DNA of 64,000 bases from Longimicrobiales bacterium (GTDB taxonomy: Bacteria > Gemmatimonadota > Gemmatimonadetes > Longimicrobiales > Gaopeijiaceae): positions 166,530 to 230,529 of the forward strand of contig JAWLHJ010000006.1 in the NCBI GenBank assembly GCA_041690395.1. The letters run 5' to 3'. The position numbers and the translations under genes are program-made. The notes beneath the pieces were generated by a model. It made no database searches. It had not been told where the DNA came from and saw nothing but the letters and a program-made list of their open reading frames with translations. The first letter of the stretch is position 1, and each line of letters starts with the position of its first letter. Positions 59,386-64,000 of the stretch are shown here, piece after piece.

Positions 59386-61152
59386 CTAGGGCGTCCCGGC
59401 CGTCAGCAGGTCGAAGTAGTCGTCCACGTCGAAGCCGGCCGGATCCACCCAGTAGCGCTGCCCACGCGAGAAGTGCCCCGTGGTCGGGAAGTAGGGCGGC
59501 GGAGCCGTGGCGCCGCATCGGTCGTAGCTGTAGCGCTTCACGTAGCCCGTGCCACCGACCGTCCAGATGGTACCCACCGCGCCGCGGATGTTCTGGATGA
59601 TGCCCCCCGTGAGGTAGAGGCAGCCACGCCCCCAGAGCGCGCCTTCGCACCGCTCCGCCCGCGTCGGACCCGAGGCGTAGTTCTCGACCGTGAACTGGTC
59701 GAGTGCGAGGACGATGGCATGGATGAACTCGTCCTTCGTGTCGTCGTAGGTGAACTCGTTCGCTCCGCCGGCCGGATTCTGGGCGGTGTTGAGCGTGTTG
59801 TCGGCCACCACCACGTCGGTGCCGCCGAAAAGCCCGAGGATGTCCTCGCAGGTGCCCACGCCGGGGTCGGTCGCGTACACCAGGTCGTCACCGATGATGA
59901 TCTCGTCGGTAGCGGCCAAGGTCACTCGGCCCCGCAGGCGCCCGCTGATGACCACCTTGCCGTCGACGTGGATGACGCCCTGGAAATTCGGGTTCATGGT
60001 CCTGGACAGCGGGAACAGGTACTGGGCGTCCGGTCGGGACGCGATGAGCGGATCGGGAGTCCCCGGCCTCGCGACCCACTGACCGTTCCCGTCGTTCGCG
60101 ACGAAGCCACCGAAGATCTCGTCGGAACCGCCCAGGTAACAGCGGCGCGTGGAGTTCGACAGGGCAGCCACATAGGAGTCCGGGCCGTTGGTCGGATGGT
60201 CCGCCGCCGACACGAAGGTGCCGTCGGAATGGTAATGCCCGCAGTGCTCCGCGTAGCGCATGCCCCAGCCGGGCCGATCACCGGACAGCCATGTCGCATC
60301 GTTGGACTGGTAGACCTTGAAGAAGCCCTCGTTCTCGCCGGTGACCTCCCCGTCGCCGTCGAGGTCGAGCGCGACGAACTCGATACGGAGGTAAGCCTCG
60401 CCGGACCCCGATGGTGAGGCCGTCGAAAACGCCGTGCCCGCGGATGCCGCACGCGTCTGCAACGCGGTGAGCTCGGCCGTCTCGGGCATCGCGATGGTAG
60501 GAACGTCCTCCTCGAACCCCCGATGGAACGTCCCGTACGACTCACCCACGACCTGGCCCGCCGTCCGGGTCTCGTCATGGAACGTCGCCCCGGAGGAGTA
60601 GATCTTCAGGTCGTCGTTGGTGTGGACGGGTCCGAAGATCTGGTCACCGCCGCCGAACGAGATCGTGGACGGCTCGATGTCGGTGAAATACGCATAGCGG
60701 GCGAAGCTTTCCTGAAACACCTGCGACCGGCGGATGGCGACGCCGCCGCCGCCGTCCCTCGCCACGGAGACGATGCTGCCGAAGACGCCGTACTGCCCGG
60801 TCGTCACGCCGGTCGGTCCCGCGTAGGTCCAGCGCTGGACGCCGGGCACCGGGTTTCCGAGGGCGTCCTGGGGCGTGACCCCATCCTCGAGGATCACGTA
60901 TCCGCTGTCCGGATACAGGTCTGAGCTGCCGTTCAGCACCGCTCGGGCGAACTCGAGCCCCTGGAGGGCTACCCCGTCCAGCTGCCCCTGCCGCTCGTAG
61001 TAGCGGTTGCTGAGCGTGTGCGTCGAGCCGATCATGGCCGCGCCGGTCACCATCACGGCTACGACCATCACGACGAGCAGCACGGTCACGAGCGCGAATC
61101 CGCCGCGCTGCCGGGCCAGGGCCTCTCGGCCGGTACACGTCGTCAGGCTCAT
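59386..61152 (-). CDS. PilX-like minor pilin fused to a large C-terminal domain (DUF4900-like)
   Basis: Class III signal RQRGG|FALVT (no Glu5, as in PilX/GspK), then about 500 aa with FARYAYFTD...GPVHTND and GGIIQ...GY-x-K-x-Y-x-YD...PPYFP. ATGA overlap. Confidence 0.78.
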   Translation of the reverse strand: MSLTTCTGREALARQRGGFALVTVLLVVMVVAVMVTGAAMIGSTHTLSNRYYERQGQLDGVALQGLEFARAVLNGSSDLYPDSGYVILEDGVTPQDALGNPVPGVQRWTYAGPTGVTTGQYGVFGSIVSVARDGGGGVAIRRSQVFQESFARYAYFTDIEPSTISFGGGDQIFGPVHTNDDLKIYSSGATFHDETRTAGQVVGESYGTFHRGFEEDVPTIAMPETAELTALQTRAASAGTAFSTASPSGSGEAYLRIEFVALDLDGDGEVTGENEGFFKVYQSNDATWLSGDRPGWGMRYAEHCGHYHSDGTFVSAADHPTNGPDSYVAALSNSTRRCYLGGSDEIFGGFVANDGNGQWVARPGTPDPLIASRPDAQYLFPLSRTMNPNFQGVIHVDGKVVISGRLRGRVTLAATDEIIIGDDLVYATDPGVGTCEDILGLFGGTDVVVADNTLNTAQNPAGGANEFTYDDTKDEFIHAIVLALDQFTVENYASGPTRAERCEGALWGRGCLYLTGGIIQNIRGAVGTIWTVGGTGYVKRYSYDRCGATAPPPYFPTTGHFSRGQRYWVDPAGFDVDDYFDLLTAGTP

Positions 61153-62312
61153 GGAATCGTGATCCATCCGGATGAATGCAGGGAAGACAGCGTCGGTGTG
61201 CAGTCCTGGGCAGCGACGGCGAACTCGAAGATCGTGCCCGACTCCACCGTGGCGTCCTGGTAGCTGTAGGAGGTCGCGCCTGCCGGAACCGCGACGAACG
61301 GGGCGCCCCAATCGGAGCTGCCGGCCACCCGGCGCCACAGCACGTACCGCACGACATCCTCCTCTCCGCCGGCCTCGTCGACGGCCTGCCCCCAGCTCAG
61401 GTCGACAGCGACCTCGCCTCCGGTCAGGGTCGTCGGCGCCGCCACAAGCGAGTCTCCGAAGATGGGCGCCGAGCCACACGTGGAGAGCACGCTCTGTCCG
61501 GAGTTGGGTAGGGCGATGCTTCGCTCGATGCGGACGGACCGCTCGTGCTCGCCCGTGAGACCGTTCGTGGCCACGAGTGTGACGCGGACCATGCGGATGC
61601 TGTCCGCTAGAGCAGAGGCTCCGGTGTCCGCCGGGGCGAGATGCAGCGGCTCCGAATGGTGGATGGGAAGCGCGCTGCCCGGCACGGCATCGAGCGCGGA
61701 CGTGCCCCCGATCTCCCGCTCGAACGCGAAGAAGGGAGTCGTTCCGTCGCGCAGCAGATGGCGCGCCACGACTTCGGGAGCGCCTCCGTTCACTTGCCGG
61801 TGGAGCACGAAGTCGTCGTCGCGATCCGTGATCGAGTCGGCCGCGAAAAAGAACGTCAGCATCTCCGCGGGGCTTGCGACCCCGGCGCCCACTTCGTAGG
61901 CGGAATCAGCCACGGTGACCGAGGTCGTCGGAACGGTGAACGACGACGCCGGGGCCCGGACCTGGCTCGCGGGAGCGTCCGGGTCATGGAAGACCGCAAA
62001 GGGATCACCAGCCACATCGGTCGCATAATCGGTGGAGAAGACGACGACGTCGTCATCCCCGTAGACGAGCGATGGCTGGTTGCCCGGCACGTTTGTACCG
62101 AGGGTCTCGAGATCCTGGGCCAAGGTCGTGACTGCGTAGCGCGCGTTCCTGAGGGCGCTCATGCGCTCGAGAGACATCTGGAACGCCGTGTTCTGCTGCG
62201 CCATGAACGACAGCGCAACGGAGATGACGACCCCGAAAATGGTGAGGGCGACCAGGAGCTCCACGAGCGTCATGCCGCACCGATCCGTGTGATGCATGAT
62301 TCGCGCGCTCAT
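61149..62312 (-). CDS. PilW-like minor pilin with a C-terminal FN3-like domain
   Basis: G|MTLVELLVAL; C-terminal VDLSW...RYVLWRR...SYQD-x-TV-x-x-G-x-x-FEFAV-x-A-x-D. Confidence 0.8.
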   Translation of the reverse strand: MSARIMHHTDRCGMTLVELLVALTIFGVVISVALSFMAQQNTAFQMSLERMSALRNARYAVTTLAQDLETLGTNVPGNQPSLVYGDDDVVVFSTDYATDVAGDPFAVFHDPDAPASQVRAPASSFTVPTTSVTVADSAYEVGAGVASPAEMLTFFFAADSITDRDDDFVLHRQVNGGAPEVVARHLLRDGTTPFFAFEREIGGTSALDAVPGSALPIHHSEPLHLAPADTGASALADSIRMVRVTLVATNGLTGEHERSVRIERSIALPNSGQSVLSTCGSAPIFGDSLVAAPTTLTGGEVAVDLSWGQAVDEAGGEEDVVRYVLWRRVAGSSDWGAPFVAVPAGATSYSYQDATVESGTIFEFAVAAQDCTPTLSSLHSSGWITIP

Positions 62313-62692
62313 GGGGCGGCCACCACGAGGGTTCGCTTCACCGGCGACGTGAGGCCGGGTCCGGTCACGTTCACGGTCACCATCAGGTAGTCCAGGGTGT
62401 CGGGGCTGGTGACCTGGATGTGCTCGACCGTCGTGCTGCGCACGAAGCCTGGACCAGGAACGCCGTTCTCGACCGCTTCGTACAAGCTGTCCAGGAGGGT
62501 GTAGCGCCGATCCATCTCGATGCGGCCGATGCGGTCGTCGGCCGAATACACGGCCTGGGCACGGATCTCGGCGGTGGCGGCGGCGGTCGTGAGCCGGGTC
62601 GCCGAGCCGGCGAGACCGAGCACCGCAACGCTCAGGATCACAAGGGCCACGATCACCTCGACGACGGTGAAGCCTGCGCGCCCGGTCAACAT
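62309..62692 (-). CDS. PilV-like minor pilin
   Basis: G|FTVVEVIVALVILSVAVLGL; 127 aa; GGGAGG RBS. Confidence 0.82.
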   Translation of the reverse strand: MLTGRAGFTVVEVIVALVILSVAVLGLAGSATRLTTAAATAEIRAQAVYSADDRIGRIEMDRRYTLLDSLYEAVENGVPGPGFVRSTTVEHIQVTSPDTLDYLMVTVNVTGPGLTSPVKRTLVVAAP

Positions 62693-63264
62693 TCGGCCTC
62701 CCATGCGCCAGTCCGATACGAGAAGCAACGGACCTCGCCGGTCGATCGCTCGACGACGAGCGCACGAGCGCCAGCCGCGTCCGTGGACTGGGACCCCTCG
62801 AGCGGTCGCATGTAGATGCGCCCGGCCTCGCTCGCGCTTCCGTTGCGATGGAAGACGAGTCGCGGACCCGAGCCGTCGTCATCGAAAGTGGCGGTCGCCG
62901 TGCTCGGGTCCGCGCCGATCGCGGGGGTCGAGCCCAGCCCGAAGCCCACCGTCTCGGGCAGCTGGAGAAGGCGGACATCTTCACCCGCGTCGACGACACC
63001 GTCGTTGTCTCCGTCCCGATGCACCCGGAGCGAGCGCTCGTCCAGGAGGAAGGTGACGACCACGTCGTGCTGACGGAGCACGGCCAGGCGCTGGGCTGCA
63101 CCCAGTCCGGCCATCACTTCCTGAACACCCACGTCCGCGCGCCACCGTCCGGGGGTCACCAGCGGCGCCGCGATCGACGTCAGCACACCCACCATGGCGA
63201 GCACGACGATCAGCTCGGTGATGGTGAAGCCACGCCGGCACCTGGCCCATGCGTTCTGGTTCAC
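62686..63264 (-). CDS. FimT/GspH-like minor pilin
   Basis: G|FTITELIVVL, AQRLAV...V-x-V-x-F, D-x-DNDGVVDAGE, LVFHRNG, TGEVR. Confidence 0.82.
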   Translation of the reverse strand: MNQNAWARCRRGFTITELIVVLAMVGVLTSIAAPLVTPGRWRADVGVQEVMAGLGAAQRLAVLRQHDVVVTFLLDERSLRVHRDGDNDGVVDAGEDVRLLQLPETVGFGLGSTPAIGADPSTATATFDDDGSGPRLVFHRNGSASEAGRIYMRPLEGSQSTDAAGARALVVERSTGEVRCFSYRTGAWEAEC

Positions 63265-63311
63265 GACGTCGTCTCCGGTCCGTACGAGGGGGGTGGGGCG
63301 GCTCGAAAGTC

Positions 63312-63326
63312 GCAACATGCGTGCCC
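63312..63326 (-). promoter_or_regulatory. Sigma54 promoter of the minor-pilin cassette
   Basis: GGGCACGCATGTTGC (GG-N10-GC) about 48 bp upstream of GTG 63264; IHF-like CAAACACTTA at 63393-63402. Confidence 0.7.
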
Positions 63327-63612
63327 CACGGTGCCCTCGAGGCGCACCTCCATCGCAAGGGCGCAGGACCGGCGCTCTAAATCCCTGTTTCTCAAACACT
63401 TACGAATCTCCTCACGCGCATGCCGCGGTGGTCCCCACGCTCCGACAGAACCCTCTGGCATCATGCGCCACCCCGCTCTCCGCACCTACGAGCCCGGGGC
63501 CGGAAACGATTTCCGGGTTTCGGGAAACCCTTTTTCGCCCAGTCGCGTCTGATGAGGTGGGCACAGACGGCCACCGACTCCTCGCCTGGCGTGAGGGGTG
63601 AGGAGAGAGACG

Positions 63613-64000
63613 ATGGGGATGAGGGGATGGGGGAAGGAGCTCGGGATCGCGCTGCGTGGGCTCGGGCGGCATCGTATGTTCACGTTCGTGACCGTACTCA
63701 CACTCGCGCTGGGTATCGGAGCGAACACTGCGGTCTTCACCCTCGTCGACGGCGTGATGCTATCGCCGCTCCCCTTCGACGATCCCGACCAGCTCGTGGC
63801 CATCGAGCACCTGGGCCGTGACGGACAGGACGAGCTCCCCATGTCGCAGGGGCTCTACGTGCTCTACCGTGAGCAGGCGGCGTCCATCGACGAGATCGCG
63901 CTCTTCGCCTCCACGTCCGTCAACCTGATCGCCGACGGCGAGCCCCAGCGCGTGCAGGCCCAGGTCGTGACGCCCGGCTTCTTCGGCGTGCTTCGGGCCG
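63613..64000 (+). CDS. MacB-like/ADOP-family ABC permease (partial, runs off the right edge)
   Basis: Translated by hand: MGMRGWGKELGIALRGLGRHRMFTFVTVLTLALGIGANTAVFTLVDGVMLSPLPFDDPDQLV. Confidence 0.88.
   Translation, partial: MGMRGWGKELGIALRGLGRHRMFTFVTVLTLALGIGANTAVFTLVDGVMLSPLPFDDPDQLVAIEHLGRDGQDELPMSQGLYVLYREQAASIDEIALFASTSVNLIADGEPQRVQAQVVTPGFFGVLRA

Overview
High-GC bacterial chromosome segment, probably Gemmatimonadota (inferred from the gene repertoire: ADOP-type permease, PorX-like regulator, carboxypeptidase-regulatory-domain protein and several short hypotheticals; not proven). From left to right it contains: a partial glycosyltransferase; a sigma54-controlled, non-classical chaperone-usher pilus operon (two cysteine-free DUF4402-like pilins, chaperone, usher-like outer-membrane protein, NtrC-type regulator) with a divergent donor-strand-like microprotein; ackA; a porin; two paralogous lipoproteins; namZ; addA and addB separated by two opposite-strand genes; glutamine synthetase III; an AAA ATPase; a PAS kinase; Lrp plus a Met/Cys lyase; gyrB-dciA-recF; crotonase; ssb; a cluster of hypotheticals; rpsU; AraC; hbd, thiolase and a leuB-like gene; a TPR/Zn-ribbon cluster; hydantoinase B; an LPS/lipid A cluster; a 276-bp MITE-like element; a PorX-like regulator; a sigma54-preceded type IV minor-pilin cassette; and a partial ABC permease. 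I saw no rRNA, tRNA or CRISPR array. The best candidate for an undescribed system is the pilus locus at 1.2-7.7 kb. Family assignments come from motif recognition by eye, not from database searches, and many start codons were re-chosen using RBS and stop/start overlaps.
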